Assembly: GCA_964343265.1 (NCBI GenBank)
Contig: CAYFIW010000001.1
Span: 6,709-70,708, forward strand
Direction: 5' to 3'
DNA length: 64,000 bases
Source of the DNA: an uncultured Dehalococcoidia bacterium
GTDB taxonomy: Bacteria > Chloroflexota > Dehalococcoidia > Lucifugimonadales > UBA826
Part shown: piece after piece, positions 56,035 to 64,000 of the stretch
Position numbering within the stretch: the stretch's first letter is position 1
Layout: each line of letters opens with the position of its first letter
Notes under the pieces: generated by a model
Database searches by the model: none
What the model was told of the DNA's origin: nothing
Seen by the model: the letters and a program-made list of their open reading frames with translations, nothing else
Position numbers and translations under genes: made by a program

Positions 56035-58917
56035 ATGTTTCTTTTTAGCTCAGTTATAGGACGAATATTTCCTCTGACTGATACGTCTTTAAAAAAGCGC
56101 CGCTTGGTAGGGGTATTGATTATCCTGGTTATTCTTGCGGCATTTCTTTCTTTAAATAGATTTCCTAAGATCGACACCATTGACGCTGATTTAGCAATAG
56201 TAGCGTCGCCTGATTCTCAGTGTTTCCAAGGGTTCTGTATTGAAGACTTGGAAGAAAGATCCTTGTTGGAAAGGTGGTGGGATTTTTCTTTAGAGTATCT
56301 TAGAAATGTCTCCATCGGAATGTTATTTGCATTCGTGATGGCCGGATTGACAGAAGCTTTTATTTTTCCTCCTGACAAAAGAGAGAGATTTATTGGTTCC
56401 GGATTCAAGGGTGTAGTAAAAGGAGTATTGATTGGTCCCGTAGTTAATTTGTGTTCGGCATGTATTGTGCCTATCGCAAATGGATTTAGAAGAACGGGGT
56501 CAGGATTGGAAACTACGGTAGCAATAACCCAGAGTTCTTCTACCTTGAATTTATTGGCATTAGTCATGGCGGCGATAGCTTTTGCTCCGACGATCAGTGT
56601 AACTCGCATATCCCTTAGCTTGGCTGGGGCCCTTTTATTAGGTCCATTAGTTGCCTGGGTTTCCAGATCATCTGTGAGTTCAGGCGCGGAAGACGATGCG
56701 TTTGGGGATATTCCAACTTTGATAGAGATCCCTGATGAATCTGGATGGGTTGAGACTCTTTATACTGCTTCTCTTCAATTTGTGAGGGCTACTTTTGGAT
56801 ATTTTATTCGTCTCGGACCGATAATGTTAATTGCTGGGTTTGGAAGTGGATTCGTAATACAGTGGATAAGTCCTCAAACTGTTACGACATGGATTGGGGA
56901 TGACATTTTAGGGGTTTTGGTAGCTGCGACTATTGGGGTGTTTATCAACGTCCCTCTTATGTTTGAAATTCCGCTGGTGGCGGCAATGTTATTAGCTGGA
57001 ATGGGTACGGCACCTGCGGGCGCTATATTATTCACGGCCGCGGCAGGTGGTCCGATTACGTTTTGGGGATTGTCTAAAGTGATGCCTAAACGTGGGGTTT
57101 TAACACTCTTTTTCGCAACATGGTGTCTGGGTGTATTAGGTGGATTGATTCTTTTGTTTGTGACTTCAATTATTGAAGAGGATAGAAATTTTACTTTTAG
57201 AGAGGACTATGACAACCGAACCAGGGATCATGTGAATTTTGATTTCAGAGAACCCTTATATCCGAATCGGCCTACTAACCTAAGGTTCACGGACGTCACT
57301 CTCGACTCCGGAATAATTTCTAAACATATGGTGACCGACGTAGTGGAAGGTAGAACTGAACCAAGAGATATGATCGCCGGGGCTGTTGCAGAAGACTTCG
57401 ATGGAGATGGTTGGATAGATATATTTATTCTCACTGGAGAAGGCCCAGCGTTTTTGTATATGAATGATAAAAACTCTGGCTTTGTAGAGGAAGGGAGTAA
57501 GAGAGGAGTGTCGTTAGTTGAGAATCTCAAAGTATCTGCTGCGGCGGCAGATTATGACAACGATAATGATGTTGATATCGTCGTGACCTATGAAGATTTA
57601 TCTCCAACACTTTTGAGGAACGACGGTAAAGGCTATTTCACACCTGACTTCAATTTGTTTTCTCAGCCGGAAAAATTATCAACTAGCCCAAGTTGGGGTG
57701 ATGTCGATAATGATGGCTTTTTGGAATTGGTGGTAGGTGAGTGGAATTCTTCCCGTGCTGAAGAGTATGACTTTTTTTCAAATCAATCATCGGAGTTGGG
57801 AGCTATCCCGGCAGCTGATGGAGATTTGAGAAAACCGAGGCTCAGATCTGATTCTAAGATTGGGAAAGACGCATTGGCTCCTGTTTTCATGTACAAAAAT
57901 TTAGGTGATGGCCAAATGGTAGCCTATGAATTCAGAAAAACCAGAGAGATAGACCTTTGGGTATTTGCCCCTAGGTTTGCCGATATGAACGGTGATGGAT
58001 TGGTTGATTTACCTGTAGTGAGTGATTTCAATAGTTCAAAAGTGTATTTGAATGTTGGTGATGGAATGTTTGAGCTGGATGTGTCAGCGACTCGGTCATT
58101 GACCGATGAGAATGGTATGGGTTCTGCAATCGCAGATTATGATAACGACGGTGATCTTGATTGGTTTATATCCAGTATCTTCGGTCAACATGATCCAATT
58201 AAAGATAGTCATGCTGGAACAGGGAACAGGTTTTATAGAAATGATGTTGGTTTCCAGTTAACAGATGTTACTGAGGAATCAGGTGTTCGCAGAGGAGGTT
58301 GGGGATGGGCCGCAAGTTTTGGTGACTTTGATAATGATGGTGATTTGGACCTTTATCATGCTAATGGTTGGATTCAAGATGAAGAAGAAGGAGATCCTCT
58401 AGAATTTCATAACGAGTCAAACAAGTTGTTTGAAAATGTTGAGGATGGGCAATTTCAGGAGGTGGGAATGCAGTCTGGAGCGGGGCTTAAATCTCAGGCT
58501 CGAGGAGTAATCGTATTCGACTATGATAATGACGGAGACTTAGACATTTTTGTAACAAATAATCAGGAGTACGTTGAAAAGAATGGAAATTTGCAAAGAA
58601 ATCCGGCTGGTCCAATACTGCTTCGAAACGACACATTAAATGAAAATCACTGGATGAAAGTGATGTTGGAAGGCAAAGGTACGCATCATACGCACGGCAT
58701 AGGAGCGCGTATTTATGTTACTACCGATGGGGTTACTCAATTAAGGGAGCTACATGCGTCTACAAATTATGCTAGTCAAGAACCCGGACGTGTAGCTCAC
58801 TTCGGTATTGGGGAGAGTAGTTTGGTAGAGGAAATCAGAGTGGAGTGGCCTAACGGTGAGGTGTCAGTTGAGACCCAGGTGCCGGTAGACAGACTGATAG
58901 TTATTTCAAGCCCGTAA
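56035..58917 (+). CDS. Fusion protein: a polytopic permease domain (ArsP_1/DUF318-like) joined to an FG-GAP/VCBS beta-propeller and an ASPIC/UnbV domain (CRTAC1-like)
   Basis: Residues ~20-390 are multi-TM and contain GPVVNLCSACIVPIANGF and a second pseudo-repeat, INVPLMFEIPLVAAMLLAGMG. Residues ~430-960 hold repeated D.D.DGD.D calcium-loop FG-GAP motifs (DFDGDGWIDIF, DYDNDNDVDIV, DVDNDGFLELV, DMNGDGLVDL, DYDNDGDLDWF, DFDNDGDLDLY, DYDNDGDLDIF). The C-terminus GIGARIYV...SQEP..HFGIG is UnbV/ASPIC. Confidence 0.7.
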   Translation: MFLFSSVIGRIFPLTDTSLKKRRLVGVLIILVILAAFLSLNRFPKIDTIDADLAIVASPDSQCFQGFCIEDLEERSLLERWWDFSLEYLRNVSIGMLFAFVMAGLTEAFIFPPDKRERFIGSGFKGVVKGVLIGPVVNLCSACIVPIANGFRRTGSGLETTVAITQSSSTLNLLALVMAAIAFAPTISVTRISLSLAGALLLGPLVAWVSRSSVSSGAEDDAFGDIPTLIEIPDESGWVETLYTASLQFVRATFGYFIRLGPIMLIAGFGSGFVIQWISPQTVTTWIGDDILGVLVAATIGVFINVPLMFEIPLVAAMLLAGMGTAPAGAILFTAAAGGPITFWGLSKVMPKRGVLTLFFATWCLGVLGGLILLFVTSIIEEDRNFTFREDYDNRTRDHVNFDFREPLYPNRPTNLRFTDVTLDSGIISKHMVTDVVEGRTEPRDMIAGAVAEDFDGDGWIDIFILTGEGPAFLYMNDKNSGFVEEGSKRGVSLVENLKVSAAAADYDNDNDVDIVVTYEDLSPTLLRNDGKGYFTPDFNLFSQPEKLSTSPSWGDVDNDGFLELVVGEWNSSRAEEYDFFSNQSSELGAIPAADGDLRKPRLRSDSKIGKDALAPVFMYKNLGDGQMVAYEFRKTREIDLWVFAPRFADMNGDGLVDLPVVSDFNSSKVYLNVGDGMFELDVSATRSLTDENGMGSAIADYDNDGDLDWFISSIFGQHDPIKDSHAGTGNRFYRNDVGFQLTDVTEESGVRRGGWGWAASFGDFDNDGDLDLYHANGWIQDEEEGDPLEFHNESNKLFENVEDGQFQEVGMQSGAGLKSQARGVIVFDYDNDGDLDIFVTNNQEYVEKNGNLQRNPAGPILLRNDTLNENHWMKVMLEGKGTHHTHGIGARIYVTTDGVTQLRELHASTNYASQEPGRVAHFGIGESSLVEEIRVEWPNGEVSVETQVPVDRLIVISSP

Positions 58918-58925
58918 GTTTGAGC

Positions 58926-60347
58926 TCACTTAAGAGCGTATAAAGTTCCCCCCAACGTAGATATATATATCATGTCGTTAGCAAGTACGGGGGTAGATGA
59001 TATTTGAGCATCTGCCTGGAAGGTCCATTGAGGTTTTCCTGAGGCTGAATTAATGGAATAAAGGATTCCAAATTCGTCTCCTACGAAAATGGAGTTTGTT
59101 GAAGCGGAAATAGGACTTGTTATTGAGGACTGTGTCTCAAAAGTCCAAATAATGGAACCATTTGATTTGTCCAAGGCAAATAGAGTTCCTTCTCCATTTT
59201 TGCTATTCGTAGAACCCGCATAGAGCAACTCATTTGCTATTACTGGTGCTCCTATAAAACTTTCATTCTTTTCTTGAAACCCCCAAACAAATCCTTTGGT
59301 TGTAGGTAGAGTATCCACTAATCCGAGTAAATATAGTTGTGTTCGCAAGCGGCGTGCACCTTTTTCGAAAGGGACTTCTTTTTTATGCCAGTCTATGGCC
59401 CTTATAGCCCCTTTTTCATCAGCGATGAAGATTAGGTTGCTGTGGAATGTTGGAGAAGTTCCCCCTCTTGATGTTCTGAAGTCAAGTCGGCGTTTCCCTG
59501 TGGCGTGGTCTATCATATATAGATAAGAATCTTGAGACATGACGGCTGTAACTTCCCTGTTTACAGCAGGGCTGGAGGTAATTCTTCCCCTGGTTAAATG
59601 TGTCCATCTAGATTCACCTGTTTTAGCATCCAACGCGTGTAAAGTTCCGTCACGAGCCCCTATGTAAAGAACACCTTGGTAGACAGCGGGGGATGAATAA
59701 ATATTAGATCCAGTCTCGTATTCCCAAATTCTTGTGCCGTTGGTTTTGTCTATGGCGATTATCGTGCCATCCCGCAACCCGGCAAAAACATAATCTCCTG
59801 CAACCGCCGGCGACGAATTTACAGGACCTGTGACAAAATGTTCCCAGACCAGTTCTCCAGAGTCTGCATCTAAAGCTAATATACGTTCGTCCCCTGTGCT
59901 TACATATACATTATTTCCAACGACGGCGGGGGAAGCATAGAAAGGAGCATCTATCTTGAATGTCCATTTAATTTCAATGTCGTTCGGAGTGGAATAATCG
60001 GAGGAAAGGCCCGTATGAAGCGGGTCACGTTGGAACATAGGCCAGTCACCTTTTTCTGGTTTGGCACTGATAAGTGTTTCAGGAGGCTCCAAAAACCTAG
60101 CTGATCCGAAGTAAGATAAGGCGATCCAGCCGAAGACTAAGATGAAGACAAAAGTTCCGGCTATTGAGTAGATTAGACGCTTCTTTTTCAAGGAAGATCT
60201 CTCTTTGGCCAAGATGTCTGTCGATTCTTCGTTGGTTATTAAAGTGCCTTTGGATAGCCGAGCGCGACAATGGGAGCAATGCCTGGACTGTGCGGGGTTG
60301 TGCAGCCCACAAAGGCCGCAAATGATGGTCATGTTTGCTTTGGTCAT
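58926..60347 (-). CDS. Zinc-ribbon / single-TM / PQQ-like beta-propeller repeat protein
   Basis: N-terminus CGLCGLHNP...CSHCRARL, then one TM (IYSIAGTFVFILVFGWIALSYF). This is followed by repeated SSPAV..., G.LYALD and W-type PQQ-like blades. Confidence 0.75.
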   Translation of the reverse strand: MTKANMTIICGLCGLHNPAQSRHCSHCRARLSKGTLITNEESTDILAKERSSLKKKRLIYSIAGTFVFILVFGWIALSYFGSARFLEPPETLISAKPEKGDWPMFQRDPLHTGLSSDYSTPNDIEIKWTFKIDAPFYASPAVVGNNVYVSTGDERILALDADSGELVWEHFVTGPVNSSPAVAGDYVFAGLRDGTIIAIDKTNGTRIWEYETGSNIYSSPAVYQGVLYIGARDGTLHALDAKTGESRWTHLTRGRITSSPAVNREVTAVMSQDSYLYMIDHATGKRRLDFRTSRGGTSPTFHSNLIFIADEKGAIRAIDWHKKEVPFEKGARRLRTQLYLLGLVDTLPTTKGFVWGFQEKNESFIGAPVIANELLYAGSTNSKNGEGTLFALDKSNGSIIWTFETQSSITSPISASTNSIFVGDEFGILYSINSASGKPQWTFQADAQISSTPVLANDMIYISTLGGTLYALK

Positions 60348-60512
60348 GTATCTATTCTTTCAAAATAGCCGTGTATGTGATTGAAAATAATTATCAAGCC
60401 ACGATTGTAACAAGTAAATTATAGATATTGGGGAAAGTTACGAGACAGATTAGCAATTTTATCAGTAGTCTAAATGAGATTCGAGTTCCTATATAAAAAT
60501 GAGTTAGTTCAA

Positions 60513-61508
60513 TTAGATGTTGAATTGTGGATCTGAATAATTCTCAAGTTTGTTGTAGATTTGAATTCTCCACCTTTGTGAATCTATTGCCAAAAGTCTT
60601 GATTTGGATTCGTCGAACAACACACAGGTCGGAAGTGCAAAGAATTTTTCTGGTTCAAGTGAAGCTACCCGGCGCCGTGCTTTATAAACGTCTGGGTTAC
60701 CTTGGACATATTGTTCTTGCCATTTTGACAGTTGGTAGGCCGATCCTTTAAGGCCTCCGATATGGTATCCGTCAGGATCGTAAATCTGTATTCTGTTATT
60801 CGCCCAATCTGCCACGTATATGTCTCCTGCAGGGTCGACGGCGACATCAGATGGATGATTTAGGGTTTCATAGTCCGTTCCGATATTCCCAAAGGAAAAA
60901 AGAAAATTTCCTTCGGGGTCAAATTTTTGAATCCTATGATTTAAGTGATCCGAAACAAAAATATTGTCGGCATAGTCGGTAGTAATTCCCCAGGGAGATA
61001 ATAGTTCTGAGTCTTTGGACCCTTCTCGACCAAAAGATGATATGTGTGTTCCATGGGTATCAAAAATTTGAATTCTATGATTCATGGTGTCTGACACTAA
61101 TATTTGGCCGCTAGTGTTAGAGGTGATTCCAGAAGGTCGATCTAATTTACCGACGGTGTTGCCTGGACTTCCAAATTTGCGGAGAAGTTTGCCTTCAGGT
61201 GTAAAGACTAATATTTCGCTGTTAAGCTCATCTGTGACTAATATTTCATCTTGGTAAAATACTGCACACGCGGGCCAGGTGGCATCGAAAATGCCTGGGG
61301 ATGTGTCGTTAAAAGACAATATTTCTGATTCATCATCAGGATCATTTCCTATGTGTAATTTAACGATTCCTGAGTTGTATGAGTCTCTCAGAACAACGTA
61401 GACATTGTCTTCCTCACCTATTGTGGCGTTGACTATTCCTCTGAAAAGTCTACCTCCAACAACTCTTGAGTAATCTAGAGCTCTTCCTTTGATTGATGTA
61501 GTCAGCAT
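60513..61508 (-). CDS. NHL-repeat beta-propeller protein (no signal peptide seen)
   Basis: Repeated blades end in NHRIQIFD, NHRIQKFD and NNRIQIYD. Confidence 0.8.
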   Translation of the reverse strand: MLTTSIKGRALDYSRVVGGRLFRGIVNATIGEEDNVYVVLRDSYNSGIVKLHIGNDPDDESEILSFNDTSPGIFDATWPACAVFYQDEILVTDELNSEILVFTPEGKLLRKFGSPGNTVGKLDRPSGITSNTSGQILVSDTMNHRIQIFDTHGTHISSFGREGSKDSELLSPWGITTDYADNIFVSDHLNHRIQKFDPEGNFLFSFGNIGTDYETLNHPSDVAVDPAGDIYVADWANNRIQIYDPDGYHIGGLKGSAYQLSKWQEQYVQGNPDVYKARRRVASLEPEKFFALPTCVLFDESKSRLLAIDSQRWRIQIYNKLENYSDPQFNI

Positions 61509-61520
61509 TTTTCCGAGTAC

Positions 61521-62651
61521 CTATATAATAAAAGCTGGTTTTTCGAAGTTTCCCCCCACGATTGGGATTGGGTCAAGATTCATCCAATCTTCGGAAATAG
61601 TCGTGTATACGCTGCGAAAATCGATGCTAGGGACGAGATCTCCTTGGTCTAGATCATTTTCCTTCATTGACGGATATTCACCGTATTCTCCACCTTTCAC
61701 ATTATCACCGATAACCAAACAAGCACCTCCGGCTCCATGATCCGTACCGGCACCATTGTCGTACACTCTTCTACCAAATTCAGAGAATAGAAGCATAACC
61801 ACGTTGTTCGCTGCATCGTGTTCTCTAAGATCGTCGAAAAAATCTCGTATTGCATTGGAGGCAGATGACCATAAATTCGCGTGGGTATCTAATTGGGAAG
61901 CATGTGTATCAAAACTACCCAAATCACAGTAGAAAATTCGAGTCCCCAAGTTTGCTAAATGTATTTGGGCGATTGATTTTAGTTTTTGAGAAATCGAATT
62001 GGTTGAATATTCTATACTTGATGAATACATCTCAGGAGCAACATTAAGGATGTCTGCTCCCTTTATTGCATCGAGGCCTGTTTGTCCCAGGAAGTCCATT
62101 ACGGGACCAGAACCTATCATTGGCGAATACATACGTTTGTATCGATCTAGAACGCGATTTCTCTTTTCGTCCGGAGTTATGTCAGTAAGTAGACCATAGT
62201 TGTTCAGATTTTCTACGGTGGCCACGGGCACTCCAGGAGCGACAAGAGCTCTGTATAGAGACGGGCCCATACTTACCGCCGTAACAACGTTTTCTTTGGC
62301 GGGATCCAATTGCTTTACCGCTCTTCCTAACCAACCCTCTGTTCCTAGGGTGTCAGGTTCACATGTGTGCCATATATCCATTGATCTAAAGTGAGACCGG
62401 GGTGAATTTTCATACCCAACCCCATGTACTATGGCGACCTTACCTTCTTTGAACATATCCGCAATGGGTTTCATTGCAGGGTGGAACCCAATATTGTCAT
62501 TGAGACTGAGGATTTCTTCTTCTGGAACATGTACAACTGGACGATAATCCCAATATTTTGAATCGGCATAAGGAACTACGGTATTCAAATAGTCGTTACC
62601 TCCCGTCAGCTGCACAACAACTATGACCGGATCAGTGTTTTGAGTACTCAT
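61521..62651 (-). CDS. DUF1501-family protein (sulfatase/phosphatase-like fold), lacking the usual Tat signal
   Basis: The pattern VVVQLTGGNDYLNT ... GSFDTH ... FSEFGRR ... GTDHG is typical of DUF1501. The N-terminus starts directly at the conserved core. AAGGAAAA lies upstream of the ATG. Confidence 0.75.
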   Translation of the reverse strand: MSTQNTDPVIVVVQLTGGNDYLNTVVPYADSKYWDYRPVVHVPEEEILSLNDNIGFHPAMKPIADMFKEGKVAIVHGVGYENSPRSHFRSMDIWHTCEPDTLGTEGWLGRAVKQLDPAKENVVTAVSMGPSLYRALVAPGVPVATVENLNNYGLLTDITPDEKRNRVLDRYKRMYSPMIGSGPVMDFLGQTGLDAIKGADILNVAPEMYSSSIEYSTNSISQKLKSIAQIHLANLGTRIFYCDLGSFDTHASQLDTHANLWSSASNAIRDFFDDLREHDAANNVVMLLFSEFGRRVYDNGAGTDHGAGGACLVIGDNVKGGEYGEYPSMKENDLDQGDLVPSIDFRSVYTTISEDWMNLDPIPIVGGNFEKPAFII

Positions 62652-62706
62652 GACGTTTTCCTTGAAAGGTTTTCAATATTTGTATCAGGTATTGTGAATT
62701 GAATGA

Positions 62707-64000
62707 TTAGGCAAACTGGTATTCTCTTGTAGATACGACTAGTTGCATTAATTCAACTAATCTCTCTAACCCTGATGTTGACCAATTAAATCTACCTAGC
62801 TTACTTACGTGTGCAACTAGTTCATCTTGGGTTTCTTTTGACATCTTAAGGGGGCCCATGATGTCTAAGATTGCTTCAACGACATCATGGGGATCTGTAC
62901 CAATTTGCATCACTCTTTCAACAATGTCATGTACTCCCGACAAGGATGTCTGCGATATCATCTCTGATACAAAGTTGGTCCTTTTCATAAGAGTTCCACT
63001 GTTGATCCACTCTATGCCGTTGTGCCACCCTTCCACACTGGGTGGATTAAGTAGGTCCTGGCCCATGTAAGCGATTTGACTAGTCCAATCCATAATTTTA
63101 GGTGAAGGAAATAGGCCTTCTCCAACTAGCCTCACGGTTCCTACAACAACTTCAGTCGGATTTTTGACTTTGCTAAATCTCTGTTCTTTGAAAAATTTAC
63201 TCTTGAATAGTGCTTCCAAGGTCGTTCCCATATGAAAACCAGACTCTTGAAGAGTATCTGCCAAGAATTCAACTGCTGCGGGGTCTTTAGGCGGAGTTAC
63301 CGACCACGCAGGAACTTGAGGTTCATCAGAAACAAAAAAGCTGTATAGATGTCGAGCAATGAACAATGAGGTAGCTCTTTTGGATAAAATTATGTCTATG
63401 ATTTCCTCTCCGTTAAAAACGCCTTTTTCCCCGAGGAATTCTTTTGTACCATAGTCGTGGTCTTCAGGTACGAACTTGAATTGCCAATCCCATCTACCCA
63501 TATGAAATCTCGGTAACTTATGTTCTAGAGTCCACCCTGTGAATGCTCTAGAGCATTCACGCACATCTGTCTCTGTATAATTCCCTACACCCATGGTAAA
63601 AAGTTCAAGAAGCTCTCTTCCCCAATTTTCATTTACAGAATCGGAATGGTTTTCGTTGTTATCTAGCCAGTAAATCATGGCGGGACTTTTTGCAACTTCG
63701 AGTAAAATGTCTTTGTAGTTTCCAAAGGCATTTTCTCTAAACATGTCTATCATGTCTTGAATTTCATCGTAGTGGTCTACTTTCGCTACCCCTGTTGCGA
63801 AAATATTGTGATAGAACAAGCACATTTTTTCTTGTAATGGCGCAGTAGTATTAATCATTGACCATACCCAAGGGGCTTGTCCCAATCCCCCCATGGTTCC
63901 CGGCTTCCACCACATTGGGTAATATCGAAGAAATTTGTAAATGTCCACTTGGTCATCTGATTTAGGGTTCAATAGTTCATCAACTGTAGATTCATATCCA
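62707..64000 (-). CDS. DUF1800-family protein (5' end probably beyond the window)
   Basis: The pattern LHNHFAT-like segment YHNIFAT, MIYWLDN, NENWGRELLELFTMGV and YTE.DV...AFTGW is typical of DUF1800. The frame stays open from the track TTG (63972) to position 64000. Confidence 0.75.
   Translation of the reverse strand, partial: GYESTVDELLNPKSDDQVDIYKFLRYYPMWWKPGTMGGLGQAPWVWSMINTTAPLQEKMCLFYHNIFATGVAKVDHYDEIQDMIDMFRENAFGNYKDILLEVAKSPAMIYWLDNNENHSDSVNENWGRELLELFTMGVGNYTETDVRECSRAFTGWTLEHKLPRFHMGRWDWQFKFVPEDHDYGTKEFLGEKGVFNGEEIIDIILSKRATSLFIARHLYSFFVSDEPQVPAWSVTPPKDPAAVEFLADTLQESGFHMGTTLEALFKSKFFKEQRFSKVKNPTEVVVGTVRLVGEGLFPSPKIMDWTSQIAYMGQDLLNPPSVEGWHNGIEWINSGTLMKRTNFVSEMISQTSLSGVHDIVERVMQIGTDPHDVVEAILDIMGPLKMSKETQDELVAHVSKLGRFNWSTSGLERLVELMQLVVSTREYQFA

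Noticed and set aside
1-64000. A search by eye for CRISPR arrays, rRNA, transposases or IS ends, integrases, toxin-antitoxin pairs and known defence-system genes
   Set aside because: None was found. The only repeats seen are the short ones listed in the findings and the intragenic LRR, FG-GAP, pentapeptide, Ala/Pro and coiled-coil repeats.

Overview
AT-rich 64-kb chromosomal segment (roughly 40% GC by eye, not computed). I count about 50 protein genes and one tRNA. I saw no rRNA, CRISPR array, transposase, integrase or phage genes. Housekeeping genes: purM (partial), purN, purF, trpB, pth, rdgB, moaA, moaC, obg and tRNA-Thr. They are interspersed with a large accessory catabolic and transport complement: five family III (CaiB/BaiF) CoA-transferase domains in three genes, two luciferase-like (LLM) flavin oxidoreductases, an enolase-superfamily dehydratase, an amidohydrolase, an aldo/keto reductase, a TPP enzyme, a fumarate-lyase-family enzyme, four MFS transporters, a peptide-type ABC importer, and a block of beta-propeller, DUF1501 and DUF1800 proteins. 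This gene mix resembles marine SAR202-type Chloroflexota, but that is inference only. Main findings: (1) Two ORF-track entries, 42164-42466 and 42485-43822, are in the same frame and separated only by a TGA. That TGA sits in a U-G-T-C redox-type motif and is followed 11 nt later by a perfect 7-bp hairpin, so this is most likely one selenocysteine-containing protein. (2) One ORF fuses RNase HI to MoaC, and the junction is an A9 homopolymer hiding a TAG stop plus an SD and ATG for MoaC. (3) One 840-aa protein is a tandem fusion of two family III CoA-transferase modules, and elsewhere a split pair is translationally coupled. (4) A tightly packed four-gene His-rich envelope cluster follows an orphan trpB. 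(5) There is a 767-aa hyper-charged coiled-coil lipoprotein with a recurring Trp motif. (6) A DEAD-box helicase has its conserved N-terminus upstream of the ORF-track start, and the only SD-supported start is CTG. Several ORF-track starts are N-terminal over-extensions or truncations, and I give refined starts where the sequence supports them. All family assignments rest on motif recognition by eye; no database search was run.
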